In this document: positions 19,775-30,910 of the stretch, piece after piece
Position numbering within the stretch: position 1 is the first letter of the stretch
How the letters are laid out: each line of letters starts with the position of its first letter
Source: Solirubrobacterales bacterium
GTDB lineage: Bacteria; Actinomycetota; Thermoleophilia; Solirubrobacterales; 70-9
Reading direction: 5' to 3'
DNA length: 59,830 bases
Assembly (NCBI GenBank): GCA_035267205.1
Contig: DATFLZ010000176.1
Coordinates: 1-59,830, forward strand
Notes under the pieces: model-generated
What the model was told of the DNA's origin: nothing
The model's input: the letters and a program-made list of their open reading frames with translations, nothing else
Databases searched by the model: none
Position numbers and translations under genes: made by a program

Positions 19775-20581
19775 ATGGACGTGCGCGGGGCCCGCACGCT
19801 GCTCACCGGGGCCACCGGCGGCCTCGGCCGCGCGATCGCGACCGCGCTCGCCGACCGAGGCTCGACGCTGGTGCTCAGCTCCCGAAAGCCCGAGGAGCTC
19901 GAGGAGCTCGCCACCGAGCTGCCGGGCGAGGGCCACGAGGTCCTCGTCTCCGAGCTCGGATCCGAGGGAGCGGGGGAGGAGCTGGCCGCGAAGGCCACTG
20001 AGAGCGGCCGGATCGACATCTTCGTTGCCAACGCGGGCCTTCCGGGAACCGGTCGGCTCGAGGAGCTCGACCCCGAGTGGATCACCCGTGTGCTTCACGT
20101 CAATCTCGAGGCGCCGATCCACGCGACGCGGGCGCTCCTGCCGGCAATGCTCGAGCGCGGGGCGGGGCACTTCGTCTTCGTCTCCTCACTCGCCGGCAAG
20201 ACGCCCTCGCCGCGGTCGTCCATGTACAACGCCTCGAAGTTCGGCCTCCGGGGCTTCGCCCTCGCCCTCCGGCAGGACGTGCGCGGCTCCGGGGTCGGCG
20301 CGTCGCTGGTCCTTCCGGGCTTTATCCGCGACGCCGGGATGTTCGCCGACGCGGAGATGGACCCGCCGCCGGGGATGGGGACGGGCACGCCCGAGCAGGT
20401 GGGAGCAGCCGTGCTGCGTGCGATCGAGGATGACAGGGCGGAGATCGTCGTCGCGCCGCCCCAGCAGCGGGCGTTGACCGCGGTCGCGCACACCTTTCCC
20501 CGCGTCGCTGCCCTCGCGCAGCGCGGGCAGGGCGAGAAGATCGCCGAGGATCTGGCCTCGCGCCAGAGCGACAAGCGCTGA
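19775..20581 (+). CDS. SDR-family oxidoreductase (tandem paralog)
   Basis: 268 aa with LLTGATGGLGRAIA and YNASK. Starts 2 nt after the preceding SDR stop. Confidence 0.9.
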   Translation: MDVRGARTLLTGATGGLGRAIATALADRGSTLVLSSRKPEELEELATELPGEGHEVLVSELGSEGAGEELAAKATESGRIDIFVANAGLPGTGRLEELDPEWITRVLHVNLEAPIHATRALLPAMLERGAGHFVFVSSLAGKTPSPRSSMYNASKFGLRGFALALRQDVRGSGVGASLVLPGFIRDAGMFADAEMDPPPGMGTGTPEQVGAAVLRAIEDDRAEIVVAPPQQRALTAVAHTFPRVAALAQRGQGEKIAEDLASRQSDKR

Positions 20582-20656
20582 GGGCCGTTCCCGTGCAACG
20601 TTTCGCTGAGCCGAGAGGCCGAGGCGCAGGAGCCCGTCGAGGAGGCCGGCGGCGGC

Positions 20657-20845
20657 GTGTCCGAGGGCTTCGAGCAGTCCGAGCGGGAGCTGATCGAGAA
20701 GGCCGAGGGAGAGTCCGGCCATGGCCACCCACTCGGGGATCGCTTCCCGGCCGAAGAGACCGACCCCGAAGCGCATACGATCCACGGTGAGGCTGACAGT
20801 GCGGACCACGAGGACCCCTCCGCCGAGGCCGACGAAAACCGATAG
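20657..20845 (+). CDS. Hypothetical small acidic protein (62 aa)
   Basis: GTG start with GGAGG about 12 nt upstream. About 80% GC3. Very acidic and His-rich. I recognise no homology. Confidence 0.4.
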   Translation: MSEGFEQSERELIEKAEGESGHGHPLGDRFPAEETDPEAHTIHGEADSADHEDPSAEADENR

Positions 20846-20887
20846 CCGAGGCACCCCAGCCGAGCTGGGAGCCGGAAGGAGCAACTG

Positions 20888-23698
<2,811 letters not shown>

Positions 23699-23944
23699 GC
23701 CTGTGTTGCATCGCGGGACGCAATCGGTCATGATGCTTCCAAGCCAGCCTTATAAAGCTCGTCCCCGGTCAGTCCCGCCTCCGGGGGCGAACGCGTCGGC
23801 ATCCCTCCCTGGCTACCGACGCGCTGGCGGAGGCGCGGGCCGCGTGGACCCCCTGCCTCCCGCGGCCCCGCCGCCGCCTACCTGCGCGGCTCTGCGGACT
23901 TGCCGTTGAGTTTTGTGGAAGCGTGAGTGGCCATTGGAGGTTTT

Positions 23945-23977
23945 CCACGAAGCTCGCCTCTGGGGCGAGTTTCGTGG
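23945..23977. terminator. Strong 14-bp hairpin inside the long acnA/DUF3817 convergent gap
   Basis: CCACGAAGCTCGCC (23945-23958), a 5-nt loop, then GGCGAGTTTCGTGG (23964-23977), with one G-U pair. On the plus strand the 3' arm is partly U-rich (UUUCGU). Confidence 0.4.
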
Positions 23978-24060
23978 GGAGTTGGGAGGACGGCCGGGCG
24001 GTTGCACGAAGATCAACGCAGCCCGGCACGCGGACGAACCGCCGCGGCCGATGCCCTCCC

Positions 24061-24405
24061 TCATCCCTCCCCCTGGCGCTCCTTGCGCTCGATGTACTCG
24101 ATGCCGGCGGTGCTGCCTACCGGGCCGACGGGGGTGAGGGAGGCCGCGAGGAGCCACCAGGGGGCCTCGCGGCGGAGGACGGCGACGAAGATCATCAGGA
24201 CCAGGGCGATGAAGCCGATGCCGTGGGAGAGGCCGAACCAGAAGGTCGGACGCTCGAGGCCGGGTGCGAGCCACACCACCAGGAGCCCGGCGAAGATCCC
24301 GAGCTCGATCAGGGACATCCACTTGACCCAGGGAAAGAAGGAGCCCGGCGCTCGTGGCAGGAACTCGCGCTCGCCCTCGGTCGATGCTGCGGCGTTCGTG
24401 GTCAT
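24061..24405 (-). CDS. DUF3817-family integral membrane protein
   Basis: 114 aa with three or four TM helices. The WFGLSHGIGFIALVLMIFV pattern is typical of DUF3817. Confidence 0.75.
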   Translation of the reverse strand: MTTNAAASTEGEREFLPRAPGSFFPWVKWMSLIELGIFAGLLVVWLAPGLERPTFWFGLSHGIGFIALVLMIFVAVLRREAPWWLLAASLTPVGPVGSTAGIEYIERKERQGEG

Positions 24406-24549
24406 GGGGGCGAGAGGCTAGATGAGCCCTGCCCCAGGGTCCGACGGCCCCGGGGTGCGGGTGGGTGCAGCGGTTGTACAAGCACGTCGCGTCGGATTCT
24501 CGACATCGGTACATAGCGGGAGATCGACCCGCCCGGGAGACTCCCGGTC

Positions 24550-24774
24550 ATGACGAATGCACTGCGAAGAGACAAGCGCCGGATCCGCAAGCACGCGATC
24601 GAGCGCGCGCGGGAGGCCCGGAGGACGATCGCACGTGAGCGGGACTACCACTGCTCGTCGTGCGATTTCGAACGGCGTTCCTGGCTGGCTCTGCACAGCT
24701 GCCCGAGCTGCGGGACGGGGTTCGCCGCTCGGTCAGCCGGTCAGGGCCGTGAGGACGATGCGCTCCTGCTCTGA
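24550..24774 (+). CDS. Hypothetical small zinc-ribbon protein (74 aa)
   Basis: Basic N-terminus followed by CSSC..(14)..CPSC. GGGAGA SD about 10 nt upstream. About 80% GC3. The 3' end overlaps the convergent kgd stop region by 42 nt. Confidence 0.4.
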   Translation: MTNALRRDKRRIRKHAIERAREARRTIARERDYHCSSCDFERRSWLALHSCPSCGTGFAARSAGQGREDDALLL

Positions 24775-27700
24775 GCGGTGTGCGGCCGGGTAGCCCTCTG
24801 AGGGGCTGGCGCGCTCGGGCCGGCCGATGTAGCGGAACTCGACACCCTCGGGGACGAGCTCGGGCATGCGCCGGGCCATCACCGACCAGCAGCCCATGTT
24901 CTTCGGCTCCTCCTGGACCCACGCGATCTCCTCGACGCCCGGGTAGGCCGCGATCAGCTCGCGGATCTGATTCTTCGCGAAGGGATAGATCAGCTCGACG
25001 CGGGCGATGGCGACGGTTTCGGCGGCCTCCCGGCGGTCGTGGTTGGCGAGGTCGTAGTAGACCTTGCCGCTGCAGAGAATCAGGCGCTTGACGTCCTTGC
25101 GGCGGTCCTCCGCCGATGGATCGTCGAGGACGAACTCGAAGGCGCCCTCGGTCAGATCCTTGAGCGTCGACGCAGCGTCGCCGAGGCGCAGCAGGCCCTT
25201 CGGCGTGAAGACCACCAGCGGTCGTGCCTTTGCGATGCGGGCCTGACGGCGGAGCAGGTGGAAGTACTGGGCGGCGGTGGTCGGGTTGGCGAGCCGCATG
25301 TTGCCCTCGGCGGCGAGCTGGAGGAAGCGCTCGATTCGCGCGCTGGAGTGCTCGGGACCCGAGCCCTCGTATCCGTGGGGGAGGAGCAGCGTCAGGCGGG
25401 TGGTCTGATCCCACTTCGACTCGGCCGAGGCGATGAAGCTGTCGATGATCACCTGGGCTGAGTTGCCGAAGTCGCCGAACTGCGCCTCCCAAAGGATCAG
25501 GCTCTCGTTCGACGCGGCCGAGTAGCCGTACTCGAAACCGAGGCAGGCCTGCTCGGAGAGCGGCGAGTTGTGGATCTCGAACGGCGCCAGCGCCCCCGAG
25601 AGATTCTGGATCGGCGCGTACTCGAGCCCCGTCTTCTCGTCGTGGAGCACGAGGTGGCGGTGGGAGAAGGTGCCGCGCTCCACGTCCTGGCCGGTGAGGC
25701 GGATATGCGTGCCTTCGGTGAGCAGGGAGGCGAACGCGAGCGACTCCGCGTGCCCGTACTCGATCGGGCCCTCCTCGAGGATCTCGGTCCGCCGCATCAA
25801 CGGCTTGCGGAGCTTCTTGTGCATCGTGAAGCTTTCGGGGAGCTTGAGCAGCTCCTCGTTCAGGGTGCGCAGCCGCTTCTCCGAGACGTTCGTCTCCACG
25901 TCGGGGCTCTTGGTCCGGTCCAGCTCCCCGGTGCCGGTGCCGGCGACCGTGGGATCCTCGAACTCGCCCCGTTCGATCTTGCCCTTCAGGTCCTTGTGGA
26001 TCTCGCTGAGCTCGCTGCGGCGGGTCTCTGCCTTCTCCTCCACGTTCTCGTCCTTGACGATCCCCTCGTCGAGCAGCTCCTTCGCGTAGATCTCGCTGAC
26101 CGGCGGGTGCTTCTTGATCGTCGCGGCCATCTCGGGCTGGGTGTAGGCGGGCTCGTCGGTCTCGTTGTGCCCGTAGCGCCGGTATCCGATCAGGTCGATG
26201 ACCACGTCGCGGCCCCACTCCTTGCGGTACTCCATCGCGAGCCTGACCGCGGCGATGCACTTCTCGGCGTCGTCGGCGTTGACGTGGATGATCGGGACGT
26301 TGAAGCCCTTCGCCATGTCAGCCGCGTACGGGGTCGAGCGGCCCTCCTCCGGGTCGGTCGTGAAGCCGACCTGGTTGTCGGTGATGATGTGAATCGTGCC
26401 GCCGGTGGCGTAGCCCTCCAGCGACTGCAGGTTGAAGGTCTCGGCGACCACTCCCTGGCCCGGGAAGGCCGCGTCGCCGTGGAGCAGGACGGGCACGGCG
26501 AGTTTCGGGTCGTGGTCCAGCCGGGGCCCGGAGTGACCGGTCTGCGCGGCACGCGCGGCCCCGGTGACGACGGGGTCGACGAACTCGAGGTGGGAGGGGT
26601 TCGGGTACATGCGCACCTTGATGGCTCCCTTTCGCGTCTCGAGGATGCCCTCGGCGCCGTGGTGGTACTTGACGTCGCCGGTGCCTCCGCCCCGGAGCGC
26701 GTCGGTCCGCTTTACAGCGTCCAGCGCCTTGGCGCCCTCGAACTCGGCCATGATCGATTGCAGCGACCGCCCGAGGCTATGGGCCAGAACGCTGAGCCGG
26801 CCGCGATGCGCCATCCCGATCGCGACCTCCTCGGCTCCGTCGCGCTTGGCGAGGGCGGCAATCTCGTCGATCATCGGGACCGTGGTGTCGAGTCCCTCGA
26901 TCGAGAACATCTTCTGGCCCAGGTAGGCCTTCTGGAGGAACCGCTCGAACTGGAAGACCTCGACGAGCCGACGCAGCAGATCTTGCTTCTCGTCGTCGGC
27001 GAGCTCGCTCCGGTGAGTTCCGGTCTCGATCATCTCCCGCAGCCACATGCGCTGCTGGTGGGAGGAAAGGTGCTCGATCTGATACCCGATCCTGCCGCAG
27101 TAGGCATCCCGCATTCGTGGCAGGGCGTCGAGGAGGGTCTCTCCGGGGACGCCGATTCTCAGGATCGAAGCCGGGATCCGGCCCATCAGCTCGGGGGTCA
27201 GGTTGAGGTTTTCCGGCTCGAGCGCCGGATCGCCCTTGCCGTTGCCGTCGAGCGGGTTGAGCTCAGCTGCGAGGTGGCCGTGGGTGCGGTAGGCCTTGAG
27301 CAGCGAGGTCGCGGCCTGAACGCCCTGCAGCAGCTCCTCGTCTACAGCGGTGCCGACGGTCGAGGCCGCGGCTGCCGGGACCGCCGCCCCGCCGCCGCTC
27401 GGCAGCGGTGGCGCCGACGCCGACTCGGGGTGCACCGTGGAGACGACCGCCCCGTCGATCTCCAGGTCCTGCGCGACCCGCTCGTAGAACTCGTGCTCGC
27501 CCTGCAGCAGCTCGTCGAGGGCCTTGAGGAAGTTGCCGGACTCCGCCCCCTGGATGACCCTGTGGTCGTAGGTGGAGGTCATCGTCATCACCCGCGAGAT
27601 GCCGAGCGCCTTGAGCTTGTCGGCCGTCGCGTGGGACCACTCGGGCGGATAGGCGATCGAGCCGGTCGCGATGATCGTTCCCTGCCCGGTCATCAGCCGC

Positions 27701-28998
27701 GGCACCGAGGCGATCGTCCCGATCCCGCCCGGGTTGGTCAGCGTGATGTTGGTGCCCTGGAAGTCGTCGGCGGTGAGCTTGTTCTCGCGCGTCTTGCGGA
27801 TCAGCTCCTCGTAGTAGGCGTGGAAGCCTTTGAAGTCGAGCGTGTCCGAGGCCTTGATGCAGGGAACCATCAGGGCCCGCGAGCCGTCCTTCTTCTCCAC
27901 GTCGACCGCGATTCCCAGATTGACATGGTCGCTCTCCACGGCGTGCGGCTTGCCGTCCCGCTCGGTGAAGGTCCGTGCCATCACCGGCCACTTCTTGCCG
28001 GCCTCGACGATCGCCCAGGCGATCAGGTGGGTGAAGGAGACCTTCATCCCCCGGTCGGCCAGATGGCCGTTCAGGACCTTACGCTTCGCCCAGATCGTGT
28101 CGACCGGAAGCGTGCGGAACGAGGTCGCGGTCGGAATCGAGCGACTCTCGTCCATCGCTTTGGCGAGCATCGCTGCCGGGCCCTTGAGCCGCTTCAGCTC
28201 GCCTTCGCCGAGCGGTGCGCTCGGGCCGGCTCCGTTGCCGCCGCCGTCGGCCGCGGCGAGCACGTCGTCCTTGGTCACCTTCCCGGCCTCGCCGGTGCCC
28301 TTCACGTTCGAGAGGTCGATGCCCTTGTCGGCCGCCGCGCGCCGGGCGATCGGCGTCGCCCGGCCGGAGGAGTCGACCTCGGCGGTCCCCGTGGCGCCCG
28401 CACCGTCGTCGGAGGCCGCGGATGAGGCGCCGTCGCCGGAGCCACCTGAGGAGCCGGCTCCGCCGCTGACCATCTTCGCCAGCGCTTCGCCGACCGAGAC
28501 GGTGTCATCCTCGCCCTTGAGCAGCTCCGTGATCTCACCGTCGGCGGGGGAGGGAACCTCCGCGTCGACCTTGTCGGTGGAGACCTCGACGATCGTGTCG
28601 CCCTCGGACACGGTGTCGCCGACCGCCACGTGGTACTCGAGGATCGTGCCCTCGGCCACCGACTCGCCCATCTCGGGCATCGCGACCTCGATCTCCTCTC
28701 CGCCGGCACCGTCGTCCGCGTCGCCGGCGTCCTCGCCGGAGCTCCCGCTCGCGCCGGTGCCGTTTGAGGAGGCGGCGTCGCCGGGCTCGATCTCGGCCAG
28801 CGGCTCGCCCACCTCGACCTCGTCGTCCTCGGACTTGAGGATCTTGGTGATCGTGCCGCTGATCGGGGCCGGGACCTCCGCGTCGACCTTGTCCGTGGAG
28901 ACCTCGACGATCGTGTCCCCTTCGGAGACCTCGTCGCCCACGGCGACGTGATACTCGAGAATCGTTCCCTCGGTCACCGATTCGCCCATCTCGGGCAT
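24733..28998 (-). CDS. kgd: Multifunctional 2-oxoglutarate dehydrogenase: 2 lipoyl domains + PSBD + E2o acyltransferase core + E1o (Kgd/OdhA-like)
   Basis: One uninterrupted ORF. Two MPEMGESV(T/A)EGTILEYHVAVGD...VSTDKVDAEVP lipoyl domains. PSBD TPIARRAAADKGIDLSNVKGTGEAGKVTKDDV. E2 core TSTYDHRVIQGAESGNFL. E1o/TPP region to the C-terminus. The ATG at 28998 is preferred; alternatives are TTG 29025 and the ORF-track ATG 29106. Confidence 0.93.
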   Translation of the reverse strand: MPEMGESVTEGTILEYHVAVGDEVSEGDTIVEVSTDKVDAEVPAPISGTITKILKSEDDEVEVGEPLAEIEPGDAASSNGTGASGSSGEDAGDADDGAGGEEIEVAMPEMGESVAEGTILEYHVAVGDTVSEGDTIVEVSTDKVDAEVPSPADGEITELLKGEDDTVSVGEALAKMVSGGAGSSGGSGDGASSAASDDGAGATGTAEVDSSGRATPIARRAAADKGIDLSNVKGTGEAGKVTKDDVLAAADGGGNGAGPSAPLGEGELKRLKGPAAMLAKAMDESRSIPTATSFRTLPVDTIWAKRKVLNGHLADRGMKVSFTHLIAWAIVEAGKKWPVMARTFTERDGKPHAVESDHVNLGIAVDVEKKDGSRALMVPCIKASDTLDFKGFHAYYEELIRKTRENKLTADDFQGTNITLTNPGGIGTIASVPRLMTGQGTIIATGSIAYPPEWSHATADKLKALGISRVMTMTSTYDHRVIQGAESGNFLKALDELLQGEHEFYERVAQDLEIDGAVVSTVHPESASAPPLPSGGGAAVPAAAASTVGTAVDEELLQGVQAATSLLKAYRTHGHLAAELNPLDGNGKGDPALEPENLNLTPELMGRIPASILRIGVPGETLLDALPRMRDAYCGRIGYQIEHLSSHQQRMWLREMIETGTHRSELADDEKQDLLRRLVEVFQFERFLQKAYLGQKMFSIEGLDTTVPMIDEIAALAKRDGAEEVAIGMAHRGRLSVLAHSLGRSLQSIMAEFEGAKALDAVKRTDALRGGGTGDVKYHHGAEGILETRKGAIKVRMYPNPSHLEFVDPVVTGAARAAQTGHSGPRLDHDPKLAVPVLLHGDAAFPGQGVVAETFNLQSLEGYATGGTIHIITDNQVGFTTDPEEGRSTPYAADMAKGFNVPIIHVNADDAEKCIAAVRLAMEYRKEWGRDVVIDLIGYRRYGHNETDEPAYTQPEMAATIKKHPPVSEIYAKELLDEGIVKDENVEEKAETRRSELSEIHKDLKGKIERGEFEDPTVAGTGTGELDRTKSPDVETNVSEKRLRTLNEELLKLPESFTMHKKLRKPLMRRTEILEEGPIEYGHAESLAFASLLTEGTHIRLTGQDVERGTFSHRHLVLHDEKTGLEYAPIQNLSGALAPFEIHNSPLSEQACLGFEYGYSAASNESLILWEAQFGDFGNSAQVIIDSFIASAESKWDQTTRLTLLLPHGYEGSGPEHSSARIERFLQLAAEGNMRLANPTTAAQYFHLLRRQARIAKARPLVVFTPKGLLRLGDAASTLKDLTEGAFEFVLDDPSAEDRRKDVKRLILCSGKVYYDLANHDRREAAETVAIARVELIYPFAKNQIRELIAAYPGVEEIAWVQEEPKNMGCWSVMARRMPELVPEGVEFRYIGRPERASPSEGYPAAHRSEQERIVLTALTG
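28456..28998 (-). repeat. Intragenic tandem duplication encoding the two lipoyl domains (period 318 nt)
   Basis: Domain starts are at 28998 and 28680. The two copies look highly similar by eye at both nucleotide and protein level. Confidence 0.8.
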
Positions 28999-29127
28999 CT
29001 CGATCGGGGTGGCGCCGTCGCTCAAGGTGGCGCTCAGGAGAGGGTTAGCGGGTGATTCACAGTCGCTTCTATGACTATATGGAACGCGGCAATCGGGCGG
29101 GAGCAAGTCCGGTGCCGGCGGTGGCGC

Positions 29128-30537
29128 CTACCCGCCCCGCGCCTCGCCGAAGCGCTCGATCGCCTCGGCGCGTGAGTCCTTGAGATCGACCAGCGGCTCG
29201 GGGTAGTCGTCGCCGAGGGCAATGCCGGCCTCCGCGAGCACCTCAGGCGGCGCCTCCCACGGGGCGCCGAGATGCCCGTCGGGGAGGTCGGCCAGCTCCG
29301 GCACCCAGCGGCGGACGTAGGTGCCGTCGGGATCGAACTTCTCCTGCTGCTTGACCGGGTTGAAGATCCGGAAGTAGGGCTGGGGGTCGGCGCCGGTCGA
29401 GGCCGCCCACTGCCAGTTGCCGTTGTTCTGGGACTCGTCGCCGTCGAGCAGATGGGCCATGAAGTGGGCCTCGCCGCGGCGCCAGTGGAGCCTGAGGTTC
29501 TTGGTGAGGTAGCTGGCGACGGCCATCCGCACCCGGTTGTGCATCCAGCCCTCCTCGCGGAGCTGGCGCATGCCGGCGTCGATCCAGGGGACGCCCGTAC
29601 GGCCCTCGCACCATGCCTCGAAGTCCCGGTCGGACGTGCGCCAGCGCATCCCGCGCATGCGCTCGTCGTACTCCAGCTCCCGGTTGCCGGGGAAGTGGCG
29701 GATCACGTTCAGCCAGAAATCCCGCCAGGCGAGCTGGCGGCGGAGCTCGGTGGCGCCCTTCGTCCCGCGGTCGAGCAGCTCGGTCTCCAGCTCCCGCGCC
29801 GAGATCGTGCCGAAGTGGAGCTGCGGAGAGAGCTTCGTCGTCGCGTCGTCGCCCGCGAGGTCTCGCACGCGGTGATAGGCGTCGGCCCGCTCCAGGGCCC
29901 TGCGCATCGCGCGGCGAGCCGCGGTCTCGCCCGGGCCGAATCCGCCGGCGATCCGCTCGGCTCGGGCGTCCACCCCCATCTCCTCCTTCGTCGGGGGCGA
30001 GCCCACGCCGACGCCGGAAGGAGCGCCCGCGAGCCTGCGCGGGCGCTTGGCGAGCTCACGCCGGCCCGCGCGGGCCCAGGCGCGGTAGAAGGGGGTGAAG
30101 ACCCGGTAGGGGCCGCCGGATCCCGTCTCGATCCGGGCGATCTCGGCGCAGGCGATCCCGTTGTGACCGATGAGCTCGACGCCGCCGTCGGCGAGGGCCC
30201 GCCCGACCCGCTGGTCTCGTGCCCGCGAGTGAGCCGTATGGTCGCGATTGACGTGCACGACCTCCGCGCCGGCCTCGGTCGCGAGCCTGGCGAGCACCAC
30301 CGCGGGGTCTCCGGACCGGAAGTGCAGCCGGGCGCCGGTGGATCGCAGGTCCGCATCCAGATCCCGCAGCGAGGCGAGCAGGTAGGCGTTGCGGTTCGGG
30401 CTCGAGTGACGACCGTCCCAGAGGCCGCGCTCGAAGCAGAACAGCGGCACGATCCGCTCGGCCTCGCTCGCGGCGGCGAGCGCGGGATTGTCGTTCATCC
30501 GCAGGTCGCGGCGTAGCCAGACGATCGCGGTCCTCAT
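29128..30537 (-). CDS. phr: Deoxyribodipyrimidine photolyase (cryptochrome/photolyase family)
   Basis: 469 aa. N-terminus IVWLRRDLRMNDNPAL. C-terminal FAD-binding block NNGNWQWAASTGADPQPYFRIFNP. Confidence 0.93.
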   Translation of the reverse strand: MRTAIVWLRRDLRMNDNPALAAASEAERIVPLFCFERGLWDGRHSSPNRNAYLLASLRDLDADLRSTGARLHFRSGDPAVVLARLATEAGAEVVHVNRDHTAHSRARDQRVGRALADGGVELIGHNGIACAEIARIETGSGGPYRVFTPFYRAWARAGRRELAKRPRRLAGAPSGVGVGSPPTKEEMGVDARAERIAGGFGPGETAARRAMRRALERADAYHRVRDLAGDDATTKLSPQLHFGTISARELETELLDRGTKGATELRRQLAWRDFWLNVIRHFPGNRELEYDERMRGMRWRTSDRDFEAWCEGRTGVPWIDAGMRQLREEGWMHNRVRMAVASYLTKNLRLHWRRGEAHFMAHLLDGDESQNNGNWQWAASTGADPQPYFRIFNPVKQQEKFDPDGTYVRRWVPELADLPDGHLGAPWEAPPEVLAEAGIALGDDYPEPLVDLKDSRAEAIERFGEARGG

Positions 30538-30547
30538 CGCCGGACAC

Positions 30548-30844
30548 CTACCCGATGCGGGCGATCAGCAGCACCTCGTTGGCCCGCGTGTCGAAGACGT
30601 CCCGGACCAGGTAGTCCCGCGCGGGCGCCTCGGCCGCGCAGAAGCCGCATTCCAGGCTCGCGGCGACGTCGAGCGCACGCTCGATCCTGACCGGCATCGA
30701 GCAGTCGGGACAGACGAGCGCCCCGTGGGCCAGCTGCTCGACGCCGTGCTCGATCAGGCGATGGTCGGAGCCGAGGTCGGTGACCTTGACGTCACCGCCG
30801 CCGGCGAGCGGGTCGCGGGGTGAGTCCTGGTGGTGTAGTGGCAC
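30548..30844 (-). CDS. Hypothetical zinc-ribbon protein (98 aa) upstream of the photolyase
   Basis: GTG start. CPDC..(18)..CGFC motif. Ends 10 nt before the photolyase ATG. Coding bias is acceptable and the start is uncertain. Confidence 0.5.
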   Translation of the reverse strand: MPLHHQDSPRDPLAGGGDVKVTDLGSDHRLIEHGVEQLAHGALVCPDCSMPVRIERALDVAASLECGFCAAEAPARDYLVRDVFDTRANEVLLIARIG

Positions 30845-30910
30845 CCCACAGAGTGTAGGGTCAGATGCTCACGGCCCAGATACGGTCGAGATGATCTGGA
30901 GGAGAGAGCA

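Noticed and set aside
23729-23911. 60-aa proline-rich ORF (MMLPSQPYKARP...) in the acnA downstream gap
   Set aside because: GC3 is roughly 75-80%, versus about 90% for confirmed genes here. It has no SD, a low-complexity composition, and is merely the tail of a frame that overlaps acnA.
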